NCBI GenBank assembly: GCA_046541875.1
Contig: JBKHCL010000002.1
Location: forward strand, 3,811 to 67,810
Length of the DNA: 64,000 bases
Source: Phycisphaerae bacterium
GTDB taxonomy: Bacteria > Planctomycetota > Phycisphaerae > SM23-33
Direction: 5' to 3'
Positions 8,572-18,811 of this stretch are shown here, one piece after another. The translations under genes and the position numbers were made by a program. Position 1 is the first letter of the stretch, and each line of letters begins with the position of its first letter. The notes beneath the pieces were generated by a model. The model was not told where the DNA came from. It saw nothing but the letters and a program-made list of their open reading frames with translations, and did no database searches.

Positions 8572-10785
8572 ATGAGAGAGATGAACGGACAACGGAGGAT
8601 TGGTCTGTTGTGCGCAGCCGTTGCGCTTTGCCTCGCGACGATGCCCGCGTTGGTTCGCGCTGCGCCCGACGAAACGTCCGAGCAGGGGCTGATCAAGCTG
8701 AACTTCCCCGAACAGCTCGATCTGAAGGATCTGATCGACTACATCTCCAAGCGGAACAAGGTCAACTTCCTGTACGACGTGCGCCACGTCACCGGCAAGA
8801 GCGTGACGCTCATCGCCCCGCAGAAGGTGCCCGCCGACTCGCTGATGACGCTGCTGGACAGCATCCTTCGCATGAAGGGACTGCAGCTGACGAAGGACGA
8901 GACGGGCATGCTGCGAATCACGATGGCCCAGTCGGTGACTGCCACCTCCAGCGGATTGCGCAAAGATCCCAACGCCGCCGACGTCCCTGGTCGGGCGGTG
9001 ACGCGGGTGTTCACGCTGGAACACGCCAAACCCGAAACCGTCGAGGGCGTCATCAAGCCCTTCCTCGCCGCCGCAACCGCCAACGTCATCGAGCTGCCGC
9101 AGCACCAGCGAATGATCGTGACCGATTACGCCTCGAACATGAAACGCGTCGCCGAGATGGTCGCCCTGGTCGATCAGCCCGCTCGCGAGGCGACGCTGCG
9201 GTTTGTGTCCATCCGCAACGTCGAGGCCAAGACGATTGCCGCCGATGTCAGGAAGCTGCTGCAGGGGAAGGGGCAGACCAGCGGAACGACCAACGAAGCG
9301 TCGCTGCATCCAGATGATCGGGGCAACCGCGTGGTCGTTATCGGGAGCGAATCGGACGTCTCGGAAGTCCTGGATCTGATCCGCTCGCTGGATGCGCCTC
9401 TGAATCGCAAGAAGACGATCTATCGCTTTGAGGTGGCCTCGGCGGGTCGCGTGGACGACCTGGTCCGGAAGCTCATCGGCAAGGTGGCGGCCCAGCAGTT
9501 CTACGAGGCTGCCGTCGATGCCGAATCCAATGTACTGATCGTCACCGCCACGCCGGAGGTCCACCAGCAGATCGAACTGGTCCGCGAGATGGTCGACAAA
9601 CCCACGCCCCAGACGCAGAGCCCCATCCGCTTCTACAAGCTGGAGAACGCCAAAGCCGCCGATGTGCTGGGCACGCTGCGGAATATCGAGGGCGAAGGCG
9701 GCCTGGGCGAGGCGAACCTTGAGGGGGCCAGCGGAAAGGACGAGGACGGACTGGCCATCGAAGGACCCACGCCGCGAAAGGTCAACCGCCCGTCCAACGG
9801 CGGCTATGAGGAGCTTCGGGGTGGCAACCAGAAGGGCGGGGCGGTGCGGATGGGCGAGGCCCGTCTGTTGGCCGACGAGGCGACCAATACGATCATCGTC
9901 GTCGCCACGCCCTCCATGCACGCCCTGTACCGCAAGCTCATCGAACGGCTGGACGTGCGACGCCCGCAGGTGCTGGTCGAAGCCACCGTCGTCACGCTGG
10001 ACACCACCGATGATTTCGCCCTGGGCGTGGAGGTCTCCTGGGGCAACGACGTGGACAGCGGCGCGGGCAGGGTGCTCACGTTCAGCTCGTTCGGACTGTC
10101 CACCGTTGACGCCTCGACGGGTCGACTGGCCATCACCCCGGGGACGGGCTTCAACGGGGCGCTGATCAGCGCCGACGTAGCCGACGTGGTCATCCGGGCC
10201 CTGCAGACCGACAAACGCGCGAAGGTCGTCTCCCGCCCCAGCGTGCTGATCAACGACAACGCCACCGGTACGCTGGTGTCCGAGAGCGAGGAGCCATTCG
10301 CCAGCGTCAACGCGTCCAACACGGTGGCCACCACGAGCTTCGCCGGCTACACCGCAGCGGGAACGAAGATGGTGATTACCCCGCAGATCAGCGAGGGCGA
10401 GCACCTCAAGCTGGAATACGAGATCACGCTGAGCAGCTTCGGCGAGGACGCCTCCGAATCGCTCCCGCCCTCGCGCCAGACCAACTCGCTGGCCAGCGAA
10501 GCGACCATCCCCGACGGACATACCATCATCGTCGGCGGCCTCACTCGGGAAGACTTCAACGAGACCGTCGACCGGATCCCGATCCTGGGCGAGATCCCGA
10601 TTCTCGAATATCTCGCCTCCAACCGCGATGTTAACAAACGCCAGACCACGCTGTTCGTGTTTCTGCGGGCCGTGATTCTGCGGGACGACCAGTTCCGCCG
10701 TCTCAAAAGCCTCTCCGAAGCCAGCGTCCGCGAGGCGAAGCTCCAAAGCCGCCTCCCCCACAGCGACCCGGTCACGATTCCGTAA
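8572..10785 (+). CDS. gspD: Type II secretion system secretin GspD
   Basis: 737 aa with signal peptide, N0/N1-like domains and C-terminal secretin domain. A good RBS (GGGAGG) sits upstream. Confidence 0.88.
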   Translation: MREMNGQRRIGLLCAAVALCLATMPALVRAAPDETSEQGLIKLNFPEQLDLKDLIDYISKRNKVNFLYDVRHVTGKSVTLIAPQKVPADSLMTLLDSILRMKGLQLTKDETGMLRITMAQSVTATSSGLRKDPNAADVPGRAVTRVFTLEHAKPETVEGVIKPFLAAATANVIELPQHQRMIVTDYASNMKRVAEMVALVDQPAREATLRFVSIRNVEAKTIAADVRKLLQGKGQTSGTTNEASLHPDDRGNRVVVIGSESDVSEVLDLIRSLDAPLNRKKTIYRFEVASAGRVDDLVRKLIGKVAAQQFYEAAVDAESNVLIVTATPEVHQQIELVREMVDKPTPQTQSPIRFYKLENAKAADVLGTLRNIEGEGGLGEANLEGASGKDEDGLAIEGPTPRKVNRPSNGGYEELRGGNQKGGAVRMGEARLLADEATNTIIVVATPSMHALYRKLIERLDVRRPQVLVEATVVTLDTTDDFALGVEVSWGNDVDSGAGRVLTFSSFGLSTVDASTGRLAITPGTGFNGALISADVADVVIRALQTDKRAKVVSRPSVLINDNATGTLVSESEEPFASVNASNTVATTSFAGYTAAGTKMVITPQISEGEHLKLEYEITLSSFGEDASESLPPSRQTNSLASEATIPDGHTIIVGGLTREDFNETVDRIPILGEIPILEYLASNRDVNKRQTTLFVFLRAVILRDDQFRRLKSLSEASVREAKLQSRLPHSDPVTIP

Positions 10786-12440
10786 TGATTGCCGACGAGG
10801 TGAGCACCATGCCACCACAACTCAACAGCAGCCCAGCGGCGACGAACCAAAGCGGCCAGGCCGGCGGTTCGCCCGACGATTCCGCCCCCGCCCCGGCGGG
10901 CAGGTCGGCGTCGTTGTCCCGCGTGGACCTCGCCGGGGAGCACCCCTCGGCCCGCTTCGTTTCGCGCGTGCCGATCCATTTCGCCCGATCAAGGCAGGTG
11001 CTCGGGCTCGCCGGCGACGACGACGCACCCATGCGCGTGGCGATGGTCGATCCGTCGGACCGCCAGACGCGCGACGTGCTGCGCCGCTGGCTGGGCCGGG
11101 CGATCACACCCGTTCCCGCCGGCGCTCAACAGCTTACCGTGGCCATCAACCAGGCGTATGGCCGGCAGTCCGGGGCGGCCCAGGAGTTCGTCCAGCAACT
11201 CGACCGCGACGAGGTCATCAAAGACATCACCGACCTCGATTCCCGCGAGGACCTGCTGAACGTCTCCAACCGCGCGCCGGTGATCAAGCTGGTGAACCTG
11301 GTGCTCTTCGAGGCCGTCCAGCAGGAAGCCTCGGACATCCACATCCAGCCCTACGAAGATCGCCTGGTGGTTCGAATGCGGATTGACGGGGTGCTGTTCG
11401 ACACGTTCAACCTGCCCTCGGGCGTGCAGGACGAACTCGTCAGCCGAATCAAGGTGATGAGCAAGATGAACATCGCCGAGAAACGCCTCCCACAGGACGG
11501 CCGGGCCACCGTGCAAGTGGGCGATCGGGTGATCGACCTGCGCGTTTCGAGCGTCCCGGCCAGCCACGGCGAGCGCGTGGTGATCCGCCTGCTGGACAAA
11601 AGCGCCCGCCTCTACACGCTGGACGAACTGGGGATGGATCCAGAGACACTCCGCCGCTTCGGCCGACTCATCGGCGTGGAGCACGGGCTGATCCTCGTGA
11701 CGGGCCCGACCGGGTCCGGCAAGACCACCACACTCTACGCCGCCCTCGGGCAGATCAACTCCACCCAGAGCAACATCATCACGCTGGAGGACCCCATCGA
11801 GTACCAGCTCGACGGGATCAGCCAGATCCAGATCGCCCGCAAAAAGGGCATGACCTTCGCCAGCGGCCTGCGGAGCGTGCTGCGCCAGGACCCGGATATC
11901 GTCATGATCGGTGAGATCCGCGACCACGAAACGGCAGTGATGGCCATCCAGTCGGCGTTGACCGGTCACCTGGTGTTCTCGACGCTGCACACCAACGACG
12001 CCGCCAGCGCGGTCACCCGTCTGCTGGACCTGGGTATCGAACCGTACCTGGTGGGCAGCTCGCTGGTGGGTGTGCTCGCACAACGACTGGTCCGTCGCAA
12101 CTGCGAACACTGCGCCGAACCGACCGAGCCCGACCCGGCCGATCTGGAAATGCTCGCCTTCTCGCCCACCCACGAGCAACGCTCGACGTTCCGCCGGGGC
12201 GTGGGCTGCCCCCATTGCCGTGGGACCGGTTATCGGGGCAGGGCGGGTTGCTTCGAGTTGCTGACGACCAACGAGGAGGTCCGCCAACTCGTCGCCCGTC
12301 GCGCCGCAGCCAGCGAGATCGACCTCGCCGCCCAGCGCGGCGGTATGCGGACGCTCTCGGAGGACGGGCTGGCGAAGGTGCTCTCGGGCAACACGACGCT
12401 CAAGGAAGTCCTGCGGGTCTCCGCCAAGGCGGTGATCTGA
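10785..12440 (+). CDS. gspE: Type II secretion ATPase GspE
   Basis: Walker A GPTGSGKTTT, Asp/His boxes and tetracysteine motif CEHC...CPHCRGTGY. The start overlaps the gspD stop (TAATG). Confidence 0.92.
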   Translation: MIADEVSTMPPQLNSSPAATNQSGQAGGSPDDSAPAPAGRSASLSRVDLAGEHPSARFVSRVPIHFARSRQVLGLAGDDDAPMRVAMVDPSDRQTRDVLRRWLGRAITPVPAGAQQLTVAINQAYGRQSGAAQEFVQQLDRDEVIKDITDLDSREDLLNVSNRAPVIKLVNLVLFEAVQQEASDIHIQPYEDRLVVRMRIDGVLFDTFNLPSGVQDELVSRIKVMSKMNIAEKRLPQDGRATVQVGDRVIDLRVSSVPASHGERVVIRLLDKSARLYTLDELGMDPETLRRFGRLIGVEHGLILVTGPTGSGKTTTLYAALGQINSTQSNIITLEDPIEYQLDGISQIQIARKKGMTFASGLRSVLRQDPDIVMIGEIRDHETAVMAIQSALTGHLVFSTLHTNDAASAVTRLLDLGIEPYLVGSSLVGVLAQRLVRRNCEHCAEPTEPDPADLEMLAFSPTHEQRSTFRRGVGCPHCRGTGYRGRAGCFELLTTNEEVRQLVARRAAASEIDLAAQRGGMRTLSEDGLAKVLSGNTTLKEVLRVSAKAVI

Positions 12441-13648
12441 TGCCCGTCTACGCCTACACCGCCAGCTCCGCGGGGCAGTCGGCTTCGCCGGTGCGCGGTA
12501 CGATCGTCGCCGATTCACCGCGCCAGGCACGCGATCAACTCCGCGCCCAGGGGCTGAGCATTCGCGACGTCGCCGAGCAGACCGCCACCCGCGCCTCGTG
12601 GTACGAGCGGTACCTCGTCGGTCGACAGGTCGCCAAGGTCACCGGCCTGCTGCAGGAGATGGCCACGCTGCTGGCAGCGGGCATCCCCCTGACCGACGCG
12701 CTGGATACCATCACCCGCCAGCACACCGGGCGGTTCCACCAGAGCATCCTGCTGCTGCGCGACCACGTCGTCGCCGGCGGTTCGCTCGCCGAGGCGATGG
12801 CCCTTCAGCCGATGCTGTTCGACGAACTCTCGCGCAACATCGTGGAGGTCGGCGAGAACGCCGGCACGCTGGACACCGCCCTGGCGCGCCTCGTGGAATA
12901 CCGCCGCAAGACCTCTGGCCTGAAGAACCGCGTCGCCTCGGCCCTGATGTATCCCAGCATCGTGCTGGCGGCGGGGCTGGGCGTGAGCGTGTTCCTGATG
13001 ACCTACGTCGTGCCGAACCTTCTCGGTGTGCTCGCCGCCAGCGGGAAAGACCTGCCCTTCGCCACGGTGATGGTCAAGGCGATTTCCGACGCCCTGTTGG
13101 GCTGGTGGTGGGCGATCCTCCTTGCAGCGGGCTTGGCCGGGGTCGGCCTGACGGCGGTTCTGCGCAGCGAGAAAGGGTCGATGGCGTGGCACCGCCTGCA
13201 ACTGAAGATTCCGCTGCTGGGCGACCTGATCCGCAAGCAGGCAATCGCACGGATATCCATGGTGATGGCTACGCTGCTCAAGAGCGACCTGCCGTTTGTC
13301 CGGGCGGTGCGCATTGCTCAGCGAACGGTTCACAACCGAGTGCTGCGAGGCGCCCTGGAAACCTGCGAGCAGGCCGTCATCGGCGGCAGGGACATTTCGG
13401 TGGCCCTGGAGCACACCGGGGCCTTCCCGCCGCTGGTGATCCAGGTCTTCGCGGTCGGCCAGGCGTCAGGTCGCCTGGAAGAAATGCTCGAAGACCTCGC
13501 CGCCGACTACGACACACAGGTGGAGATCTCAACCAATCGTCTCACGACGCTGCTGGAACCGCTGATGATGATCCTGCTGGCGATTGTCGTGGGGTTCATC
13601 GCATTCGCAACCATTCTACCCATTCTGGAGGCAGGAGATGTCCTGTAA
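12440..13648 (+). CDS. gspF: Type II secretion inner-membrane platform protein GspF
   Basis: GspF/PilC two-repeat architecture. The start at Met76 of track ORF 12215..13648 overlaps the gspE stop, so the upstream extension is rejected. Confidence 0.85.
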   Translation: MPVYAYTASSAGQSASPVRGTIVADSPRQARDQLRAQGLSIRDVAEQTATRASWYERYLVGRQVAKVTGLLQEMATLLAAGIPLTDALDTITRQHTGRFHQSILLLRDHVVAGGSLAEAMALQPMLFDELSRNIVEVGENAGTLDTALARLVEYRRKTSGLKNRVASALMYPSIVLAAGLGVSVFLMTYVVPNLLGVLAASGKDLPFATVMVKAISDALLGWWWAILLAAGLAGVGLTAVLRSEKGSMAWHRLQLKIPLLGDLIRKQAIARISMVMATLLKSDLPFVRAVRIAQRTVHNRVLRGALETCEQAVIGGRDISVALEHTGAFPPLVIQVFAVGQASGRLEEMLEDLAADYDTQVEISTNRLTTLLEPLMMILLAIVVGFIAFATILPILEAGDVL

Positions 13649-14072
13649 CCACAAGACAACCCAAGCCCGCATCGCCGCCGGGCGACGCCGTCGCGGCGGA
13701 TTCACGTTCATCGAGGTGATGGTCGTTGTCGTTATCATCGGCATGCTGGCCGGTGCGGTGACGCTGAAAGTCGGCCAGTACATGGACGAAGCAAAAATCA
13801 GCCGTGCCAAGTCCGACATCACGACCATCGTCAAAGCCATCGAAGCCACCAGCCTCAAGGGCGACGGCAAACACCCCTCCAACGCCGAGGGACTCAGCAA
13901 ACTGAATGTCGACATCAAGCGAGACCCCTGGGGCAACGAGTACCAGTACAACGACAGCGGCCCGGACGGCGAACCCTTCGAGGTGTACACGCTCGGAGCC
14001 GACGGTGAACCGGGCGGCGACGGCGTCGATGCGGACATCTACTCCTGGCAGATCGGTAAGGAAGAGGACTGA
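13638..14072 (+). CDS. gspG: Major pseudopilin GspG
   Basis: Prepilin leader ending RRRGGFTFIEVMVVVVIIGMLAG (class III signal, G-F-T-x-x-E). 144 aa. Confidence 0.88.
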   Translation: MSCNHKTTQARIAAGRRRRGGFTFIEVMVVVVIIGMLAGAVTLKVGQYMDEAKISRAKSDITTIVKAIEATSLKGDGKHPSNAEGLSKLNVDIKRDPWGNEYQYNDSGPDGEPFEVYTLGADGEPGGDGVDADIYSWQIGKEED

Positions 14073-14075
14073 CCG

Positions 14076-14636
14076 GTGACCCGCCGCGGGTTCACGTTCA
14101 TCGAGGTGATCGCGGTGGTCGCGCTGCTGGGCATCCTGGCCGGCGGGACGGCGTACTACCTGGCCGACCAGGTGCAGGCCTCCTCCTCCGATAGTGCGAT
14201 CGGTCAGCTCGCCTACGCCGACCGCCTCACCCGCCTTCGGGCACGACGGCTGGGCCGGGAGTGCGTGCTCCGGATCGACCTCGACGAGCAGGCCGTCACC
14301 CGGTTCGAGAACCACAGCGGCGAGATGCAACGCCGATCAGCGGGGCTGAACGTGCCGGTCCGCTGCCGCATCGAGCAGGTCTGGACGGTCGGGTTGGTCG
14401 ACCAGACAGAGACAAACGCCCCGGGACAACTGGCGAAACATGACACCGGCGTGGTGGATGTAACGTTCTCGCCGGCAGGACGCAGCGCGACCTACGCGCT
14501 GAAGCTGGTCTCCGGGCCGTCGACCGTCTGGGTCGTGGTGGCCGGTCTTACCGGCGAAGTGACCGTGGAAGAAAATGAAAAGCAACTGCACAACTTGTTC
14601 ACGACGCTCGCGACGGGTCGGCCTGACGCTGATTGA
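14076..14636 (+). CDS. gspH: Minor pseudopilin, GspH-like
   Basis: GTG start. N-terminal MTRRGFTFIEVIAVVALLGILAG prepilin-type motif. Confidence 0.7.
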   Translation: MTRRGFTFIEVIAVVALLGILAGGTAYYLADQVQASSSDSAIGQLAYADRLTRLRARRLGRECVLRIDLDEQAVTRFENHSGEMQRRSAGLNVPVRCRIEQVWTVGLVDQTETNAPGQLAKHDTGVVDVTFSPAGRSATYALKLVSGPSTVWVVVAGLTGEVTVEENEKQLHNLFTTLATGRPDAD

Positions 14637-15042
14637 AGTCGTCGCGGCGATCGTCATCCTGGGCACGATTCTGGTGGGCGTGGTGCTCGCCCGATCGCGC
14701 CATACGCGCCAGATCCGCCTGGCCGGGCGAAAGGCGACGGCCGTTCAGGTAGCCGATCGTCTTCTGACCGGCTGGTGGACCGATCCCAACGGCGTCCCGG
14801 TAGGGCGCAGCGGATCGGCAGGCGAGAACGGCACGTTCGTATGGGAAACCCGGGAGCTGCCCCACCGTGATTCCCGCGCACTGGGCGGACGCGTGGTGGA
14901 GCTGACCATTCGCAACGCGGAGGTGAACTCCGCCTTTCCCACGGCCGGGCCTCTTACCCGTGTGCAGCTCGTGCTGCCCTTGCCCCCCGAAGAGGGCGAC
15001 GACGCCAACGCCGCGCCATCGAGCCGGGAGGAGAGACCATGA
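14575..15042 (+). CDS. gspI: Minor pseudopilin, GspI-like
   Basis: N-terminal ...RRVGLTLIEVVAAIVILG prepilin-type motif. The start is uncertain (ATG at 14575 overlaps the gspH 3' end). Confidence 0.5.
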   Translation: MKSNCTTCSRRSRRVGLTLIEVVAAIVILGTILVGVVLARSRHTRQIRLAGRKATAVQVADRLLTGWWTDPNGVPVGRSGSAGENGTFVWETRELPHRDSRALGGRVVELTIRNAEVNSAFPTAGPLTRVQLVLPLPPEEGDDANAAPSSREERP

Positions 15043-16040
15043 CAGCCGCTCGCGGATTCACGCTGCTGGAACTGTTGCTGGCGACGGTGCTCTCGGTGAT
15101 GCTCATGCTCGGCGTGCTGGCTGTGGTGACCGATCTCTCGACCGATCCGGAGACGATTCCGTCCCGCGGTGAGAGATCCGGCGCCCTGCAGATCCAGACG
15201 CTGGACGCCTGGGTTCGGTTGCTGCGCGGCGACCTGACCCACGCCATTCAGGTCGACGCCGAGACCCCCAGCCGGGTGGAAATGCTCGGCAGCGGCGCCC
15301 TGGACGAGGTCGGCCGATCGCGAACCCATCGGCCGGTGAAGGTGATCTACTCGCTGGAAACACTCGATGGGCGGCGCTGGCTGGTCCGCCGACAGACGGC
15401 CCAGGATTCACTCGTCGCGCACGCCACGCAGCGCGACCTGGTCTGCCGGGGCGTGCGGAAGTTCGAACTCATCGCCGAAGGCTCGTCCCCCACCACGCTG
15501 CAGGACGCCCAACCCGCTTCCGGCGTGACGAGCCCGACGAACGCCGCCTCGGGCGACTCATCGGGCGACGACCAGGCGAACGCGCCCGAAGAGGCGTCCC
15601 GCGAGAAACCAAACGTCGACGCGCCGGCCGACGCGGTCACCGAGGCCCCCGACCATGCCCGCAACTTTGATGACGATGACAAGGCCCATCTCGAGTTCGG
15701 CCGGGCCGGGGGGTTCGACACCGTCTACAACAAGAGCAGCGGAGAGATATCAATCTTCGTCAACGGGCTGTGGTTCTACCCGCGATACGCTCCGAAGTGG
15801 GCCCGCGAGAAGTACTACACCGAAACCGGCCGAAAGGACCCCGCCGCGAAGGGCTCATCACCCTCCGGCGACGCCAACGCCCCCGACGGCGAAGGCTCGG
15901 CCGGTAGCGACGACGGCCACGACGCATCCGACGGGCCTTCCAGCGTGGGAGTCACCTGGCGGATTCGAGTGTGGTTCGAGGACACAGCCGAGCCGGGCTA
16001 CGACCGTATCGTCACGGTTCAACTCAGCGGGGGCGCATGA
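15039..16040 (+). CDS. gspJ: Minor pseudopilin, GspJ-like
   Basis: MTAARGFTLLELLLATVLSVML prepilin-type N-terminus. ATGA overlap with the upstream gene. Confidence 0.65.
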   Translation: MTAARGFTLLELLLATVLSVMLMLGVLAVVTDLSTDPETIPSRGERSGALQIQTLDAWVRLLRGDLTHAIQVDAETPSRVEMLGSGALDEVGRSRTHRPVKVIYSLETLDGRRWLVRRQTAQDSLVAHATQRDLVCRGVRKFELIAEGSSPTTLQDAQPASGVTSPTNAASGDSSGDDQANAPEEASREKPNVDAPADAVTEAPDHARNFDDDDKAHLEFGRAGGFDTVYNKSSGEISIFVNGLWFYPRYAPKWAREKYYTETGRKDPAAKGSSPSGDANAPDGEGSAGSDDGHDASDGPSSVGVTWRIRVWFEDTAEPGYDRIVTVQLSGGA

Positions 16041-16912
16041 GACATCCACGATCCCATCGCGGCTTTGCGTTGCTCATGACGCTCGCGTTGGTGCTGTTGG
16101 CCGGTGCGGCGATGGTGGGGCTCGCTCAGCGGAGTCTCGCCGACGCGCTCGAGGCCCGGTCGGCCCAGCGGGAGCTGCAGCGCCGCTGGGCGGTGGCGTC
16201 CCTGCGGGCCACGCTCCTGGGGCGCCTCGAATCGCTCCAGGTCCGGCAGGAAGACATCGACCCAAACGCGCCGTCCGGCGATTGGCCCGACCCGAGCACG
16301 CGGCAGGAGTTCGCCATTGAGCTGGGCGGGCGCGAGTACCGCATCGTCCTCACCGACGAGCAGGCCAAGCTCAACGTAAACGCCCTGTTGAGGTCCAACA
16401 CGCCCGGCGAGACCGAGTCGATCGTGCGGGGTCTCACCCCTCGCCCGAGCGGCGGCGGATTGGTGCGAATCCGCCCAACCCGGGGCGTGAAGGCGGTATT
16501 CGGGTACGGGCAGGTGTTCGAAGGCGTTTCGCCGGCGGAACTGGTGGGGGGCGGCCGGGGCGAGGGGCTGGCGGGCAACGTTACCTGCTGGGGTGACGGG
16601 AAGGTGAACATCACCCGGGCGTCGGATCAGACAATCCGTCGGGCCATCGAGCGCGAGGTGGGCCCGCGCGTGGTACGCCTGCTGCTGGAGCATCGCCGCC
16701 GTCATCGCGCCGACGGACTGAATGGCCTGCTCAAACGAATCGACAAACTCAGTGATACCGACCGACGCACGCTGGGGCGATTGCTGACCGACCAATCGTC
16801 CTGCCACGGGCTGTGGATCATCGCGCGCGGCGACCAGCGGGAATGGCACACCCTCGCCGTCAGCGTGACGGCCGGCGGGCGAGTGGTTCAATGGTACGAG
16901 TTCGCGTGGTAA
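16037..16912 (+). CDS. gspK: Minor pseudopilin, GspK-like
   Basis: MRHPRSHRGFALLMTLALVLLAG N-terminus, roughly 290 aa, ATGA overlap with gspJ. This position and size fit GspK. Confidence 0.6.
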   Translation: MRHPRSHRGFALLMTLALVLLAGAAMVGLAQRSLADALEARSAQRELQRRWAVASLRATLLGRLESLQVRQEDIDPNAPSGDWPDPSTRQEFAIELGGREYRIVLTDEQAKLNVNALLRSNTPGETESIVRGLTPRPSGGGLVRIRPTRGVKAVFGYGQVFEGVSPAELVGGGRGEGLAGNVTCWGDGKVNITRASDQTIRRAIEREVGPRVVRLLLEHRRRHRADGLNGLLKRIDKLSDTDRRTLGRLLTDQSSCHGLWIIARGDQREWHTLAVSVTAGGRVVQWYEFAW

Positions 16913-16916
16913 CCAG

Positions 16917-17447
16917 ATGACGATCCGAGAGAAGAAAACCGCTCTGGTGTTTGGCTCGATCCTGCTTGCCCTGGCGTGCGTCGCCGTGGTGGCCGGCGGG
17001 GTGTTGCTGCCGGTGCGCGTCGAAGCCGACCCGCCCGACGACCTGCCCGAACTCGCGTCCGGGGGGCGCTCTGACCCCAATGATGCGCCGTCCGACCCGA
17101 ACCGGATGTCGCGCGTGTTCGCCGACCTGCAGCGCCTGGTCCGGATGGACCTTCGTCGGCCTCTGGTGAAGAAGGACGTTCCCCGTAAGACCTCTACCAA
17201 GAGCACCCCCAAGCCGCGCCTGCAGCTGAGGCTGTTGGGCACGGCGGAGGAACCCGGGCGTTCGCTGGCGTACTTCCAGGAACGCGATGGGTCCACGGTG
17301 TGGCTGGCGGAGGGCGAACGCCTCAAGACGCCCGTCGGCGAGGTCGTGGTGAAGACCATCACCTCCGAGCGGGTGACCATCACCCTCGGCGATCAGACCA
17401 TCGAACAGAAAGTCCCGCTGCGCTCCTGGCAGGAGGAGACGCCATGA
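16917..17447 (+). CDS. Membrane-anchored T2SS-associated protein (GspC/GspN-like candidate)
   Basis: Single N-terminal TM helix and D/P-rich linker (SDPNDAPSDPN). It is inserted between the gspK-like and gspL-like genes and its stop overlaps the gspL start. Confidence 0.4.
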   Translation: MTIREKKTALVFGSILLALACVAVVAGGVLLPVRVEADPPDDLPELASGGRSDPNDAPSDPNRMSRVFADLQRLVRMDLRRPLVKKDVPRKTSTKSTPKPRLQLRLLGTAEEPGRSLAYFQERDGSTVWLAEGERLKTPVGEVVVKTITSERVTITLGDQTIEQKVPLRSWQEETP

Positions 17448-18811
17448 GCCGATCAGTCGTCATTTTCGCCGCGGAGAGCGGCCCGTGGCGCGTTGGCTTC
17501 CAAGCCGCTCAGGGCCCGACCCATCGGGACGTGTCGATTGCTCCGGACGCCACCAGCGCCGAGACGGCTGAGGCAATCGCTGCTGTTCTCGGCGAGATCG
17601 GCTGCGATGATCAGCCGGCGGTGCTGGCGATTCCGTCCGAGTGGTGCCTTGCCGCGGAGATCTCCACCGACGATCTCGGACGCGGGGGCCGACATCGTGC
17701 GATGACCTTTCGCCTGGAGGAGCATCTGCCGCTTTCCGCCGAGGATATGGTCGCCGATTTCGTCGAGGCGCGAAAAGGCTCGGCCCTGGGGATTGCCGCG
17801 GAACTCGGCCGGCTGACGGAGTGGCTGGATGCATTGGGGTCGGCGGGGATCGCGGTGGGCTCGATCGTACCGACGGCCCTGCTGGCTGCGCGAGCGGCTG
17901 CGCGCGAGGTCGGCGCCGTTGATGCGGTCCTCGTGGCCCAACCCTCTCACGAGGGCGATGGACCCGCGACGGTCGACTGGATCGAGCTGCACAAAGGCAA
18001 GCCCGTCCGCTGGCGATGGTTCGCCGACGACCGGTCGGCCCTTCGCGAGGCGGTCGCCGAGTTGGACCGACAGGACGATCCATCGCGAGTGGTCCTGGTC
18101 GGTGAGGCGGACGGGGCGCGTCTTGGCATTGAGGAAGCCAACCACACTGAGTGGGTAGGCGACGCCGGTTTGGACGTGTTTGCCCGGGCCCTGGGGGAGG
18201 CTGAGGGCGTGTTGAACCACTCCGACCCGCCGTGGGTGGAGTTGCGTCGCGGGCCGATCGCCGCGCCGGATCACAACCAGCCCTGCCGGGGCCCGCTCGT
18301 TGCGGTGGTGACGGCGGCAGCGGTGCTCCTGGTGTTGCTCGCCGTGGTGTTCACGTGGCGCGGGATGCAGTACGACCGGCTCGCCAGCCGACACCGGCGC
18401 GAGCAGTTGAAGGCTTTCCGCGAGGCGGTTCCCGACCAGCGCCCGCCGATCGACATCCTTGGTCGGATGCGATCGGAGTATCGCAAGCTGGCCGGCATCG
18501 GCGGCGAAACGCTCGACGCCGACACGTCGTCGGCGGCCTTGCCTGCATCTGCACTGGTACACCTGCGGAACGTACTGGCGAGCCTGCCCGGGCAGATGCG
18601 GTTCCGGATTCTGGAAGTCGAGATCGGGCCCGGGAGCGTAGATGTTCGAGGCCAGGCGAAATCATATGCCGACGCCGAACGCATCGCCGCCGCATTGCGG
18701 GATACGAAGCTGTATGCCGTGGAGATGCACGAGACCCAGCGCCTCCGCGAGGAGGGCGTGAGCTTCCGGTTCACCGCGACCCCGGTCCGGACGGAAGGGG
18801 GCCGCCCATGA
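17444..18811 (+). CDS. gspL: GspL-like type II secretion protein
   Basis: Start at Met49 of the track ORF. The approximately 455-aa size, operon position and an internal TM segment (LVAVVTAAAVLLVLLAVVF) fit GspL. Confidence 0.5.
   Translation: MSRSVVIFAAESGPWRVGFQAAQGPTHRDVSIAPDATSAETAEAIAAVLGEIGCDDQPAVLAIPSEWCLAAEISTDDLGRGGRHRAMTFRLEEHLPLSAEDMVADFVEARKGSALGIAAELGRLTEWLDALGSAGIAVGSIVPTALLAARAAAREVGAVDAVLVAQPSHEGDGPATVDWIELHKGKPVRWRWFADDRSALREAVAELDRQDDPSRVVLVGEADGARLGIEEANHTEWVGDAGLDVFARALGEAEGVLNHSDPPWVELRRGPIAAPDHNQPCRGPLVAVVTAAAVLLVLLAVVFTWRGMQYDRLASRHRREQLKAFREAVPDQRPPIDILGRMRSEYRKLAGIGGETLDADTSSAALPASALVHLRNVLASLPGQMRFRILEVEIGPGSVDVRGQAKSYADAERIAAALRDTKLYAVEMHETQRLREEGVSFRFTATPVRTEGGRP

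Noticed and set aside
12215-12439. 5' extension of gspF to the first in-frame start at 12215 (477 aa), as in the ORF track.
   Set aside because: The extension overlaps the end of gspE in another frame and is low complexity (RRPSRRSQRDRPRRP). Met76 at 12440 gives a TGATG overlap with the gspE stop and a normal GspF N-terminus (MPVYAYTA...).
2528-12530. Long antisense ORFs opposite the TonB and T2SS genes (2528..4210, 4268..6028, 6941..8386, 8521..10818, 10989..12530, all minus strand, 480-765 aa).
   Set aside because: They mirror well-supported plus-strand genes. Their translations are Arg/Gly/Pro/His-rich low-complexity sequences with no family resemblance. This is typical of stop-codon-poor antisense frames in about 65% GC DNA.
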